This document shows, piece after piece, positions 12,130 to 21,799 of a stretch of 64,000 nt of DNA. This DNA is from Halobacteriales archaeon SW_5_70_135 (lineage in GTDB: Archaea; Halobacteriota; Halobacteria; Halobacteriales; SW-7-71-33): the NCBI GenBank assembly GCA_003022865.1, contig PXSK01000041.1, positions 48,475-112,474 of the forward strand. Reading direction: 5' to 3'. Both the position numbers and the translations under genes were made by a program. The notes below the pieces were generated by a model. It made no database searches, had not been told where the DNA came from, and saw only the letters and a list, made by a program, of their open reading frames with translations. The number at the start of each line of letters is the position of its first letter. Within the stretch, counting starts at the first letter, position 1.

Positions 12130-12617
12130 CGGTCCTTCAGCGAGAGCTGTCCCTCGATGCTGCCGACGTGGTCGCCGTCGACGTCGGTGATCTCGTACTT
12201 GTGGGGGATCAGCGTCCCGACGTAGGGGACGAGATTGCGCGCAAGCGTCACCGCGGCGCCGCGGGAGTCGATCCGGGCGATCAGCCGCTCGTCGCGGCCG
12301 TCGCGGATTTTCCAGGTGTCCTGCATGATCGAGTAGTCGTTGTCGAGGACCGCCACCTCGTCGCCGGTCTCGGCGTCGACGACGGCGTAGTTGCCGGCGA
12401 CGTCGATGATGCCGCCGGCCTTCACGGTGAAGACCTCCTCGTCGTCCGCGTCGACGAACGGGAACTCCTCCTTCATCTTCAGCATCTTCTGTTTCCCGCG
12501 GACGACGACCTCGCCCCGAGAGTTCGTCGCCTCGTACTTGTTGCGGATTAGCGCCTGTTCGACGGTGTACTGGTCGTCGGTCAGGTCGACGCCGGTGATG
12601 CCGTGACTTGTCGACAT
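12039..12617 (-). CDS. Conserved cytoplasmic protein, tentatively LURP-one-related / tubby-C-like fold
   Basis: ORF 12039..12746 trimmed to the ATG at 12617 (MSTSHGITGVDLTDDQYTVEQALIRNKYEATNSRGEVVVRGKQKMLKMKEEF). Acidic, 192 aa. The function call is from recollection of family patterns only. Confidence 0.6.
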   Translation of the reverse strand: MSTSHGITGVDLTDDQYTVEQALIRNKYEATNSRGEVVVRGKQKMLKMKEEFPFVDADDEEVFTVKAGGIIDVAGNYAVVDAETGDEVAVLDNDYSIMQDTWKIRDGRDERLIARIDSRGAAVTLARNLVPYVGTLIPHKYEITDVDGDHVGSIEGQLSLKDRYEITIDDASGVPKETVVAAAMVIDAIQGN

Positions 12618-12639
12618 ACGAACTGGTTGTAACGCCGGG

Positions 12640-12647
12640 AAATTAAG
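12640..12647 (-). promoter_or_regulatory. Candidate TATA box for the 12617 gene
   Basis: The reverse strand reads CTTAATTT 23-30 nt upstream of the ATG at 12617, in otherwise GC-rich DNA. Confidence 0.3.
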
Positions 12648-12887
12648 TTCTTCCCCGAGGGCAGCGTCGTGTCGAGCACCGACGTCACCGTCACGCCGGC
12701 GGACGTTCGACCGCCGGAGAGTCCGGGCGTCCGCCGGCGGAGACACGTCGGCGTGGTCGGGCCGCTCGGAGCGGCGGCGTCGGAGGGTGTGTACGGGCGG
12801 CGGTCGAAGGGGCTATGAACGTCCGGGCCGACCTGGACGTATGTCACTCGCGGAGCGACCGGTCGCCGGACACGTCGGGGGGGAACG

Positions 12888-15800
12888 ATGAAGGAGTACA
12901 TCACCGTCCAGGGGGCCGAGGAGCACAACCTGCAGGACGTCGACGTGGAGGTCCCGCGAGAGTCGTTCAACGTCGTCACCGGGCTGTCGGGGTCGGGCAA
13001 GTCCTCGCTGGCCTTCGAGACCGTCTACGCCGAGGGGCAGCGCCGCTACATCGAGTCGCTGTCGGCGTACGCCCGCAACTTCCTCGGACAGATGGACAAG
13101 CCACAGGTCGAGAGCGTCGACGGCCTCTCGCCGGCGATCTCGATCGACCAGAAGAACGCCGCCAACAACCCCCGGTCGACGGTGGGCACCGTCACGGAGT
13201 TGCACGATTACCTCCGTCTGCTGTACGCCCGCGTCGGCACGCCACACTGTCCGGAATGTGGCCGCGAGGTCGGCGAGCAGTCCGCCTCGAACATGGTCAC
13301 GCGGCTGCTCGAACTGCCGGAGGGGACGCGCGCGAAGCTGGCGGCGCCGGTCGTCCGCGACCAGAAGGGCGCCTTCGAGGACCGTTTCGACGAGCTCGTC
13401 GCCGAGGGGTACGCCCGCGTCGAGGTCGACAGCGAGTCCTACGACCTCACCGTCGAGCGGCCCGACCTCGACGAGAACTACGACCACACCGTCGACGTCG
13501 TCGTCGACCGCGTGAAGATCCGACCCGAGGAACGCTCCCGCATCGCCGACAGCGTCGAGACCGCGCTCGACGAGGCCGGCGGCGTCCTGAAGCTGATCCT
13601 GCCGGACCCGCCCGCGGCGGCGGCCGACTCCTTCGGCACCCGGGCGCGCTCGACGGGCGACCTGAGCGACGAGGCCCCGAGCGACGAGGGCGACGCGGAC
13701 GCGGACGCGGACCGCCTGGAAGTCGAACTCTCGGAGGAGTTCGCCTGCACGCACTGCGGTATCGACCTCCCGGAGGTGGAGACGCGCTCGTTCTCGTTCA
13801 ACTCACCGCACGGCGCCTGCCCGGAGTGCGAGGGCATCGGCGAGACGAAGGAGGTCAGCGAGGACCTGGTGATCGAGGACCCCTCGAAGCCGATCAAACA
13901 CGTTTTCGAGCCCTGGACCTACAGGCGCTCGTACTACCGGCGGCGGCTGGACTGCGTCGCCGAGCACTTCGACCTCTCGGTGGACACGCCCTTCTCGGGG
14001 CTGCCCGACGAGATCCAGGACGCCTTCCTCTACGGCACCACCGAGGACGTCGTCTTCGAGTGGGAGACCGCGAACGGCACCCGCCACAAGGAACAGCCGT
14101 TCGAGGGCGTCGTCCCCAACCTGGAGCGGCGGTACGTCGAGACCGACAGCGACGGCACCCGCGAGCACATCGAGGAGTACATGTCCGTCACCACCTGTCC
14201 CTCCTGTGAGGGCACCCGTCTGCGGCCCGCCTCCCGTGCCGTCCTCGTCGCCGACACCTCGATCACCGAGGTCAACCGGACGAGCATCGGCGACGCACTG
14301 GCGCACTTCGAGGACCTCGAAGCCGAACTGGACGAGCGCGACACGACGATCGCCGAGGAGATCCTCAAGGAGATCCGCGCCCGTCTGGGCTTCATGACCG
14401 AGGTGGGCCTTGAGTACCTCACGCTCGACCGCGAGGCCTCGACGCTCTCCGGCGGTGAGAGCCAGCGCATCCGGCTGGCGACGCAGATCGGCTCCGGACT
14501 GGTGGGCGTCCTCTACGTCCTGGACGAGCCCTCGATCGGCCTGCACCAGCGGGACAACGACCGCCTACTGAACACCCTCGAAGAGCTGCGCGACCTGGGC
14601 AACACGCTACTAGTAGTGGAGCACGACGAGGAGACTTGGCGTCGCGCCGACGAGATAGTCGACCTCGGTCCCGGACCGGGCAAGCGCGGCGGCGAGGTCG
14701 TCGCGCAGGGTTCCGTCGAGGCGGTCGCCGACAGCGACCGGTCGATCACCGGCGACTACCTCGCCGGTCGCCGCACCATCGACACTCCGACGCCCGAGGA
14801 GCGACGCGAGGCCGACGGCCACCTCACCGTCCGGGGCGCACGCCAGCACAACCTCGACGACCTGGACGTCGACTTCCCGCTGGGCAACTTCGTCGCCATC
14901 ACCGGCGTCTCCGGCTCCGGCAAGTCCACGCTGATGCACGAGGTGCTGTACAAGGGGCTGGCCCGGGAGATGAACGACAACAGCGTCGACCCCGGCGAAC
15001 ACGACGCCATCGAGGGACTCGACCGGATCGAGACGGTGCGGCTGATCGACCAGTCGCCGATCGGTCGCACGCCCCGCTCCAATCCCGCGACGTACACCGA
15101 CGTCTTCGACCACGTCCGGGAGCTGTTCGCCCAGACGAAGCTCTCCAAGCGCCGCGGCTACGAGAAAGGGCGGTTCTCGTTCAACGTCAAGGGCGGTCGC
15201 TGCGAGGAGTGTGGCGGGCAAGGGACGGTGACGATAGACATGAACTTCCTCTCCGACGTGTACGTCCCCTGCGAGGAGTGTGACGGCGACCGCTACAACG
15301 ACGAGACGCTCGACGTCACGTACAAGGGCGAGACGATCGCCGACGTGCTCGGAATGTCCGTCGACGAGGCGCTGGACTTTTTCTCCGCCAGCGACCGCAT
15401 CGCCCGCCGGCTCCAGCTGCTGCACGACGTCGGCCTGGGCTACATGCGGCTGGGCCAGCCGTCGACCACGCTCTCCGGCGGCGAGGCCCAGCGCGTGAAA
15501 CTCGCCGAGGAACTGGGCAAGCGCGACTCGGGCGACACGCTGTACCTGCTCGACGAGCCCACCACGGGCCTCCATCCGGAGGACGAGCGCAAGCTCATCG
15601 ACGTGCTCCACCGGCTGGTCGACGACGGCAACACGGTCGTCATCATCGAACACGAGCTCGATCTGGTGAAGAACGCCGACCACGTCCTCGACCTCGGCCC
15701 CGAGGGCGGCGAGCGCGGGGGTCGCGTCGTCGCCAGCGGCACGCCGGAGGAACTCGCCGGCGTCGAGGAGTCACACACGGGCCGGTATCTCCGCGACCTG

Positions 15801-15932
15801 CTGCCGGCGGTCGACCTGGAGGGACCCCGCGCCGACCGGGAGTACGTCGACCGTCGGGCGGAGGAGTCCGACGCCGACGCCGACGCCGACACCGATACCG
15901 ACACCGAGGCGGAGGCCACCGGCGACGACTGA
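12888..15932 (+). CDS. uvrA: Excinuclease ABC subunit A
   Basis: 1014 aa. MKEYITVQGAEEHNLQDVDVEVPRESFNVVTGLSGSGKSSLAFETVYAEGQRRYIESLSAYARNFLGQMDKPQV. Two ABC ATPase modules (GLSGSGKSS, GVSGSGKST), zinc-finger Cys pairs and an acidic DADADTDTDTE tail. Confidence 0.97.
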   Translation: MKEYITVQGAEEHNLQDVDVEVPRESFNVVTGLSGSGKSSLAFETVYAEGQRRYIESLSAYARNFLGQMDKPQVESVDGLSPAISIDQKNAANNPRSTVGTVTELHDYLRLLYARVGTPHCPECGREVGEQSASNMVTRLLELPEGTRAKLAAPVVRDQKGAFEDRFDELVAEGYARVEVDSESYDLTVERPDLDENYDHTVDVVVDRVKIRPEERSRIADSVETALDEAGGVLKLILPDPPAAAADSFGTRARSTGDLSDEAPSDEGDADADADRLEVELSEEFACTHCGIDLPEVETRSFSFNSPHGACPECEGIGETKEVSEDLVIEDPSKPIKHVFEPWTYRRSYYRRRLDCVAEHFDLSVDTPFSGLPDEIQDAFLYGTTEDVVFEWETANGTRHKEQPFEGVVPNLERRYVETDSDGTREHIEEYMSVTTCPSCEGTRLRPASRAVLVADTSITEVNRTSIGDALAHFEDLEAELDERDTTIAEEILKEIRARLGFMTEVGLEYLTLDREASTLSGGESQRIRLATQIGSGLVGVLYVLDEPSIGLHQRDNDRLLNTLEELRDLGNTLLVVEHDEETWRRADEIVDLGPGPGKRGGEVVAQGSVEAVADSDRSITGDYLAGRRTIDTPTPEERREADGHLTVRGARQHNLDDLDVDFPLGNFVAITGVSGSGKSTLMHEVLYKGLAREMNDNSVDPGEHDAIEGLDRIETVRLIDQSPIGRTPRSNPATYTDVFDHVRELFAQTKLSKRRGYEKGRFSFNVKGGRCEECGGQGTVTIDMNFLSDVYVPCEECDGDRYNDETLDVTYKGETIADVLGMSVDEALDFFSASDRIARRLQLLHDVGLGYMRLGQPSTTLSGGEAQRVKLAEELGKRDSGDTLYLLDEPTTGLHPEDERKLIDVLHRLVDDGNTVVIIEHELDLVKNADHVLDLGPEGGERGGRVVASGTPEELAGVEESHTGRYLRDLLPAVDLEGPRADREYVDRRAEESDADADADTDTDTEAEATGDD

Positions 15933-15943
15933 CGAGCGTTTAA

Positions 15944-16246
15944 ATGGTCGCGGCGTTTCCGTCCGGCATGGGACTGCTCGGCTTCCTCGTCGGCGAACTT
16001 GGCGGCGAGGTGATCGAACGACGCGTCGAGCGCGACGGAGAGAGCGAGCGCGAGAGCGAGAAGAGCGAGCGCGAGAGCGAGAAGAGCGAGCCGGCGAGCG
16101 ACGACGGGCCGACCGGCGAGACCGACGAAGCCGACGAGGTCGGCGAGACTGGCGAGGCGGCGGGTGCGGGCGAGGCCGGCGAGGTTGGCGAGACGAGCGA
16201 CGAACCGACGACGGGCGATCGAACGCGCGACCGCGGCGGGCGCTGA
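15944..16246 (+). CDS. Small acidic low-complexity protein (hypothetical)
   Basis: 100 aa with a hydrophobic N-terminus (MVAAFPSGMGLLGFLVGELGG), then E/D/S/G-rich sequence with a tandem SERESEK duplication. Coding status is uncertain. Confidence 0.4.
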   Translation: MVAAFPSGMGLLGFLVGELGGEVIERRVERDGESERESEKSERESEKSEPASDDGPTGETDEADEVGETGEAAGAGEAGEVGETSDEPTTGDRTRDRGGR

Positions 16247-16324
16247 GCCCGGGAGAGCCCCGCGGTCGTCCGTGACCCTCGCGACGACGCGGAGTATCAG
16301 ACGCTCGGGTTCCTACGCGACGAC

Positions 16325-17409
16325 ATGACGACCGTGTACGCCGCGATGGGGACCGCCTCGTGGTCGCGACGGGCGCCGGGCGGACTGGACCGCGACCGAG
16401 CGACTCGGGGAGCACGGCCGCCTGGAGTGTGCGCTGGCGGCCGGCGGCCGCGTCTTCGTCGGCACGTTCGAGGCGGGCCTCCAGCGAAGCGAGGACGGCG
16501 GCGAGACCTGGGAGCGCGTCGGCCGCGATGCGATCGCCTCCGAGTCGGGGACGTCGCTGGCGGCCCACCCCGACGACCCCGACCACGTGCTCGCGGGGAC
16601 GGAGTCGAGCGCGCTCTACCGCTCCACTGACGGCGGCGACTCCTGGACGCGGGTCGGCGGGCTCACCGACGCCCCGTCGAGCGAGGAGTGGTCCTTCCCG
16701 CCCCGGCCGGACACGCACCACGTCCGGTGGGTCGAGGTCGACCCGAAGACCCCGACCGGCTGTACGTCGGCGTCGAGGCCGGCGCCTTCCTCTACTCGCC
16801 GGACGGGGGCGACACCTGATACTGGCACGAGCGCCCGCCGCGGTCGCGCCGGGACGACCACACGCTCGCGGTCCATCCCGACGCGCCCGGCGGGTCTACG
16901 CGGCGGCCGGCGACGGCGACAGCGAGGCGCTACGCGCCTCTGGCAGCCGGGCGGCGCCGCCCGGCGACGCCGAGAGCACCGGCGGCGGCGAGTCGTGGAC
17001 GCACCCCGAAGCGGGACTGGAGCACCGCTACGTCTGGGGGCTCGCGGTCGACCCCGACGACCCCGACCGCGTGCTGGTCTCGGCCGCCCGGGGTGCCGGC
17101 GACGCACACCTCTACCGGCTCGACGGCGACCGCGAGAGCGCCGTCCGGGAGCGGCTCGACGACTGCGGCGTGCCGACCGGCGAGGGGACGCTGCGCCGCG
17201 TGCTCGTCGCCCCGGCGCCGGGCGAGGTCTACGCCTGCAACGACCACGGCCTCTACCGGTCGGTCGACGACGTTCGAGAGAACGCTGCTCTTTCGAGTCG
17301 ACCGGAATCGCCAAGCGATTCCGGTGACGGCGACTCCTTCGACGCCCTCGCCGCGTTCGGCGACGACCTCGCGGGTCGGACCTGCCGGGGACTGGCGGTC
17401 GCGGCGTGA
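16325..17409 (+). pseudogene. Disrupted BNR/Asp-box repeat beta-propeller (sialidase-like/Ycf48-like) gene
   Basis: The reading frame must hop 2>1>0>2>1 to follow MTTVYAAMG / DRLVVATGAG / ADWTATERL...RSEDGGETWERV...RSTDGGDSWTRV...HHVRWVEVDPK / PDRLYVGVEAGAFLYSPDGGDT* / RVYAAAGDG...GGGESWTH...RGLAVAA. An in-frame TGA at 16817-16819 sits where the Asp-box Trp is expected. Confidence 0.7.
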
Positions 17410-17608
17410 CGTAGTTACGGTCCCGCGGGCCGCGGCGGCCGTGTGTCAGTACGTCTCGACGGCGACGCCGAGTGCCCGGAAGTCCGCGACGTTTTCCTCC
17501 GAGACGCGGACATCTCGCTCACGCCGTACACTCGGTATACGCCCGGTTCGGCCTCTCCGCCACGGTCGATCGGGAAGCCTATACCGCCCGCCGACCGTCG
17601 GACGAGTA

Positions 17609-18688
17609 ATGCGAGACTTCGTCGTCGTCGGCTGTGGCCCGGCGGGCGCACGCTTCGCCCGGCGTGTCGCCGAACGCGGCCGCGACGTGGTCGTCTTCGA
17701 GCGCGGCCGGGTCGGCGAGCCGCTCGCGTGCTCGGGTCACGTCAGCCGCGACGTCTGGGACTACCTCGATCCGGGGGCGCAGGACGCACTGCTGCAGAAC
17801 GAGGTGTACGGCGCCCGTTTCCACGCCGGGGGCCCCGGCAGTGACGCCCACCGCTTCTACAAGCACGAGGCAGTCTCGAACGTGATCGACCGCGTCGCGC
17901 TGGACCGCCGTCTCGCCGACCTCGCTCGCGAGGCCGGCGCCGACGTACGCGAACACCACACCGTCACCGGCGTCGAGGAGCGAGCCGACGGCGTCCGGGT
18001 CGAGGTCAGCACCCCCGAGGACACCGAGACGCATGCGGCGCGGATGGTCGTCGGCGCCGACGGCCCCAACTCCCGTGTGCGGCGGGCGCTGGACATGCCG
18101 GAGCCGGGCGAGATACTGCACGGCGTACTGGGGTTCGTCGACGACCCCGACCCCGGCGACTACGTCGACGTCCACCTGACGGTGCCGCGCTTCTTCGCCT
18201 GGCGGATCCCCCGCGGCGAGGCGGGCGCGGAGTACGGCCTCGCGGCGCCGCCCGGCGACGTCACCGACCGGTTCGAGCAGCTGCAGGAGGCGTACGACGT
18301 GCGCCTCGACGAGCGCTGCTCGGGGGCGATCCCGATCGGCCCGCCCGACCGCGTCACCGGCCAGCGGTCGCTGCTGCTGGGCGACGCCGCCGCCCAGACG
18401 AAGCCGTTCACCGGCGGCGGCATCCTCTACGGGATGCAGGCCGCCGACCACGCCGCCCGCGAGGTCGACCCCCGCGACCCCGCCACACTTGCGGCCTACG
18501 AGCGCGCCTGGCGCTCGGACCTGGAGCGGGAGATCCGCCTCGGCCGGCTAGTGCGACGAGCCTACTCGCTGCCGGAGTCGGTCCAGCGGGCGGGTCTGCG
18601 GGCGCTCTCCGGGGAGATCGGCGTCCACATGGACCGCCCGAGCACGCTGTTCACCCCCGAGGGACTGCGGGCGCTGCTCCGGCGGTAG
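17609..18688 (+). CDS. FAD-dependent geranylgeranyl reductase family oxidoreductase
   Basis: ORF 17093..18688 trimmed to the ATG at 17609. MRDFVVVGCGPAGARFARRVAERGRDVVVFER dinucleotide-binding motif; ...VGADGPNSRVRR... and LLGDAAAQTKPFTGGGI motifs. Confidence 0.85.
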   Translation: MRDFVVVGCGPAGARFARRVAERGRDVVVFERGRVGEPLACSGHVSRDVWDYLDPGAQDALLQNEVYGARFHAGGPGSDAHRFYKHEAVSNVIDRVALDRRLADLAREAGADVREHHTVTGVEERADGVRVEVSTPEDTETHAARMVVGADGPNSRVRRALDMPEPGEILHGVLGFVDDPDPGDYVDVHLTVPRFFAWRIPRGEAGAEYGLAAPPGDVTDRFEQLQEAYDVRLDERCSGAIPIGPPDRVTGQRSLLLGDAAAQTKPFTGGGILYGMQAADHAAREVDPRDPATLAAYERAWRSDLEREIRLGRLVRRAYSLPESVQRAGLRALSGEIGVHMDRPSTLFTPEGLRALLRR

Positions 18689-18736
18689 CGGTCCGACCCG
18701 CGGCCGGCCTCGACGACGGCACCGTGACGGCTCCGG

Positions 18737-19696
18737 TCACTCCGGCAGGACACGCCCGGAGACGGCAGAGCCGTCGTAAAAGGGCAGGGAAACGCGAGCG
18801 GCGTCGCCGGCGCCGTTGACGCGGAGGTCGTCGGGGGCGTCGGGGCCGACGGCGGCGAGCGCGACCGGCCGGTCGAGCGAGGGGCTGTCGACGCCCCGGA
18901 GCACGCGACCGACGCGACGGCCGTCACGGTCGCGGACGCGGACGGCGTCGCCGGTCGCCGGGCGGCGGTCCGGGTGCAGGCCGACGACGCGGGGGTCGCC
19001 GTCGAGCACGCTCGCCGGGCAGCCGTCGAGGTCCGCGGGCAGCGGCGTGCCGGCCTCCAGTGCGAGCGTCTCCCAGGTGTGACGGCCGAACGGGGTGGCG
19101 TTCGAGCCACGCACCAGCAGCGTGTCGTGGACGTCCCGGGCCGCGCTCGCCTCGCAGACCACCTCGTAGCCCTCGTCGCCGGCGGGGTCGTCGGTGCGGA
19201 GGACGGTGACGCCGGCCTCGTCCATGCGACCCCGGACGAAGGAGAGTCGCGTCTCGGGCGCGCCGGCGCCGTGGAGCACGCCGGCGACCTTCTCGGTGGC
19301 CCGCGGCCCGTGGACGCCGAAGACCGCCAGGGCGTCGGTCCGGTCGCGGCCGTCGACGCGGCCGGTCAGCCAGTCACGGGCGCCGGGCGAGACGAGACAG
19401 AGCAGGCGGTCCTCGGCGGCGAGCACCGTCGCCTCGCCGTGCACCGTCTCGTCGACGAGTCGGCCGTGGACCGCCCGGCCGTCGGCCGTCGGCAGCGGTC
19501 TCGACAGCGCCGCTTCCAGGGCGTCGCCGTCCCGGTCGACGGCGAGGACGACGTACGGCGGCTCGGTCAGGCCGACGCCGTTGCGGACGGCGAGGTGGGC
19601 GCGCTCCGGGCGGCCGTAGGAGTCGGGGACGCGGACGCCGTCGACGTCGCGGAAGACGGCGCCGAGCTCGCGGTGGACCGCCTCGACGCGTGTCAC
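18737..19696 (-). CDS. Aminomethyltransferase (GcvT/YgfZ-like) folate-binding family protein
   Basis: 319 aa, GTG start. MTRVEAVHRELGAVFRDVDGVRVPDSYGRPERAHLAVRNGVGLTE... and ATPFGRHTWETLALEAGTPL, typical of the GcvT fold. Confidence 0.75.
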   Translation of the reverse strand: MTRVEAVHRELGAVFRDVDGVRVPDSYGRPERAHLAVRNGVGLTEPPYVVLAVDRDGDALEAALSRPLPTADGRAVHGRLVDETVHGEATVLAAEDRLLCLVSPGARDWLTGRVDGRDRTDALAVFGVHGPRATEKVAGVLHGAGAPETRLSFVRGRMDEAGVTVLRTDDPAGDEGYEVVCEASAARDVHDTLLVRGSNATPFGRHTWETLALEAGTPLPADLDGCPASVLDGDPRVVGLHPDRRPATGDAVRVRDRDGRRVGRVLRGVDSPSLDRPVALAAVGPDAPDDLRVNGAGDAARVSLPFYDGSAVSGRVLPE

Positions 19697-19730
19697 GGCC
19701 GCCCGGTGGGGCCGACCGCGGATAAGGGCT

Positions 19731-20021
19731 TCAGAACGGCAGCCGGTCGCGGACGCGGTCGGCGAGGCTCGACTCGTCCGCCCCGGGGTCGGGCAGCACC
19801 CGCTCGTCGGGGGCGAACGTCGTGCGGCCGCCGTCGGTCTCGACCTCGATGAGGCCGTCGGCCTTCAGCGACTCCAGGGCCGTCTCTATCTCGTCGATGT
19901 CGAGGTCGGCTCCCGAGCGCAGTTCGAGGACGGTCATCCCCTCCTCGCTGCGGTCGACCAGGGCGTCGAGCACCGCCACCTCCCGGTCGGGACGGTCACG
20001 GTACTCCCCGCGTGCGGGCAT
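19731..20021 (-). CDS. Small winged-helix (MarR/TrmB-like) DNA-binding protein
   Basis: ORF trimmed to the ATG at 20021: MPARGEYRDRPDREVAVLDALVDRSEEGMTVLELRSGADLDIDEIETALESLKADGLIEVE. 96 aa. Confidence 0.6.
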   Translation of the reverse strand: MPARGEYRDRPDREVAVLDALVDRSEEGMTVLELRSGADLDIDEIETALESLKADGLIEVETDGGRTTFAPDERVLPDPGADESSLADRVRDRLPF

Positions 20022-20152
20022 CGACACGACGTAGGGACGCCCACCTCTTATACGCCTGGTCGCGTCCGCTCGCGTCCGCTCGGCGGCGTGCATCGACGGC
20101 GTCAGCCCAGCGTCTGACGTGGGTTTTTCCCCCGTGAGTCGGTGTCACGAGT

Positions 20153-21328
20153 ATGGGATTCAGGTGCTCGATACTCGGCTGCGAGTACGACGGGACCGAG
20201 CACGAGCGCGAGCGCGAGCAGCGCGGCGAGGAGGTCGTGCTTACGGTCCGGGAGTACGAGGAGTGCCGCCGCTGTGGCGACCGGCGGGTAATAAGCGAGA
20301 ACACCGGCGTGACGACCACGCCGGCCGCCGAGGCCGACGGCGACCGGGACGACCCCGACGGGCCGCCGACCGACGACGCGGTCGCGGACGACGCGACGGG
20401 TGGCTTCGAGGTCGACGGCGACGACGCCGTCCTGCTCGACGAGACCGAGCCGGCGGACGAGGTCGACGCCGACGACGCCCCCGACCCGGTCGGGAGCGGC
20501 GGGGCGACGCCGACCGACGTCGAGGCTCCGGCGGACGAGGACGGCGTCGAGTTCCTCGGTGCCGACACTGACGCTGACGCTGACGCTGACATTGACGACG
20601 CGGTGTCGGCGGCCGAGGCGACCGTCGTCGCCGACGTCGAGACGCCGACGGGCGGGACCGAGACAGACGACTCGCCAGTCGAGGAGGCGACCGAGACGGA
20701 CGACGCCGTCTTCCTGCGGACGGCGGCGCCGGAGGACGGCCCCCAGGCCGACGCTCGGACCGGCGCCGACGTCGACCCGACCGGCGCGGGCGAGGACGAG
20801 CCCGCGGTGTCCGCCCCGAACGAGACGAACGACGCGGTGTTCCTCGACGGAGCGGGGACAGAGACGGAAACGACGGACGAGAACGGAAGCGGGGACGAGA
20901 CCGAGAGCGCCGACGGGTACGGCGCGTGGCCGGACGAGGCTCCGGGCGACGACCCCGAGTACGACCACGGCGCGTGGCCGGGGCCCACGGACGGCGACGA
21001 CGCGGACGCGTCGACGACGCCCGACGACGCGAGCGAGGCCTCCTTCTCGGGGGTGACTTCGGGAGAGGCTTCGGAGACGGACGCGGCGACCGCGACGGCG
21101 ACGGCGACTGTCGCCTCGGCCGAGGCGACCGAGGCGGAGCCAACCGTCGAGAAGGGCGGCCGCGACGCGACCGTCGAGCACGGACCGGGCGCCCGGACGA
21201 CGCGAACGGACGCCGACGGCGACCTGCGCTGTCGCGCCTGCGGGTTCGGCGTGCCGCCACGCGGCGGTCCCCACCGTGCGGGTGACGTCTGTCCGGACTG
21301 CGGCTCGGGCTATCTGGGCGAGCGCTGA
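20153..21328 (+). CDS. Highly acidic disordered protein flanked by N- and C-terminal zinc ribbons (hypothetical)
   Basis: N-terminal CSILGC...CRRCG and C-terminal CRACG...CPDCG pairs. About 290 residues of D/E/T/A-rich low complexity lie between them. Confidence 0.65.
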   Translation: MGFRCSILGCEYDGTEHEREREQRGEEVVLTVREYEECRRCGDRRVISENTGVTTTPAAEADGDRDDPDGPPTDDAVADDATGGFEVDGDDAVLLDETEPADEVDADDAPDPVGSGGATPTDVEAPADEDGVEFLGADTDADADADIDDAVSAAEATVVADVETPTGGTETDDSPVEEATETDDAVFLRTAAPEDGPQADARTGADVDPTGAGEDEPAVSAPNETNDAVFLDGAGTETETTDENGSGDETESADGYGAWPDEAPGDDPEYDHGAWPGPTDGDDADASTTPDDASEASFSGVTSGEASETDAATATATATVASAEATEAEPTVEKGGRDATVEHGPGARTTRTDADGDLRCRACGFGVPPRGGPHRAGDVCPDCGSGYLGER

Positions 21329-21409
21329 ACGTCGAGCCGCCGACCGGTGGCCCGACGGGGCGTGGACGAAACCCCTAAGCGGGTCGCCCGCACATCGACG
21401 GCTCAGGCG

Positions 21410-21799
21410 ATGAGGGAGTACAAGATGCGCCGCGGCGAGCAGCTGTCGGAGCGCGTCCCCGACGTGGAGTCGTTCACCGAGGAGTACTTCGGTCCGGTCA
21501 CCGGCACCGAGGAGCACGAGGGCGACGAGCTCTACGTCGTCGAGGAGCCTACCAACCCGATCTTCGAGCGGGTCGTCGCCGGCACGGCCCGGTACAGCAG
21601 CAAGAAGGACCGTCTCGCCGTCGAGTTCGAGGAGCGCGACCCGACCGAGCTCGACCCGGACCAGCTCGACGCCGCGGAGGAAGCGGTCTCCCTGAAGAAC
21701 GACTTTCTGAAGGAAGCCACCGGTCGGGACGCGAAGGCCCGCCGCGACTCGATGAAGCGCGACGCCGAGGGCGACACCGACGACGTGCCCGAAGCCTAA
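21410..21799 (+). CDS. Conserved haloarchaeal hypothetical protein
   Basis: ORF 21347..21799 trimmed to the ATG at 21410 (MREYKMRRGEQLSERVPDVESFTEEYFGPVTGTEEHEGDELYVVEEP). Acidic, 129 aa. Confidence 0.6.
   Translation: MREYKMRRGEQLSERVPDVESFTEEYFGPVTGTEEHEGDELYVVEEPTNPIFERVVAGTARYSSKKDRLAVEFEERDPTELDPDQLDAAEEAVSLKNDFLKEATGRDAKARRDSMKRDAEGDTDDVPEA

Noticed and set aside
17415-17600. The 200-nt spacer before the geranylgeranyl reductase gene as a separate small gene (ORFs 17415..17651 and 17443..17844).
   Set aside because: The translations are basic R/P-rich and overlap the reductase start. Only a TATA-like CCTATACC at leaderless distance is notable.
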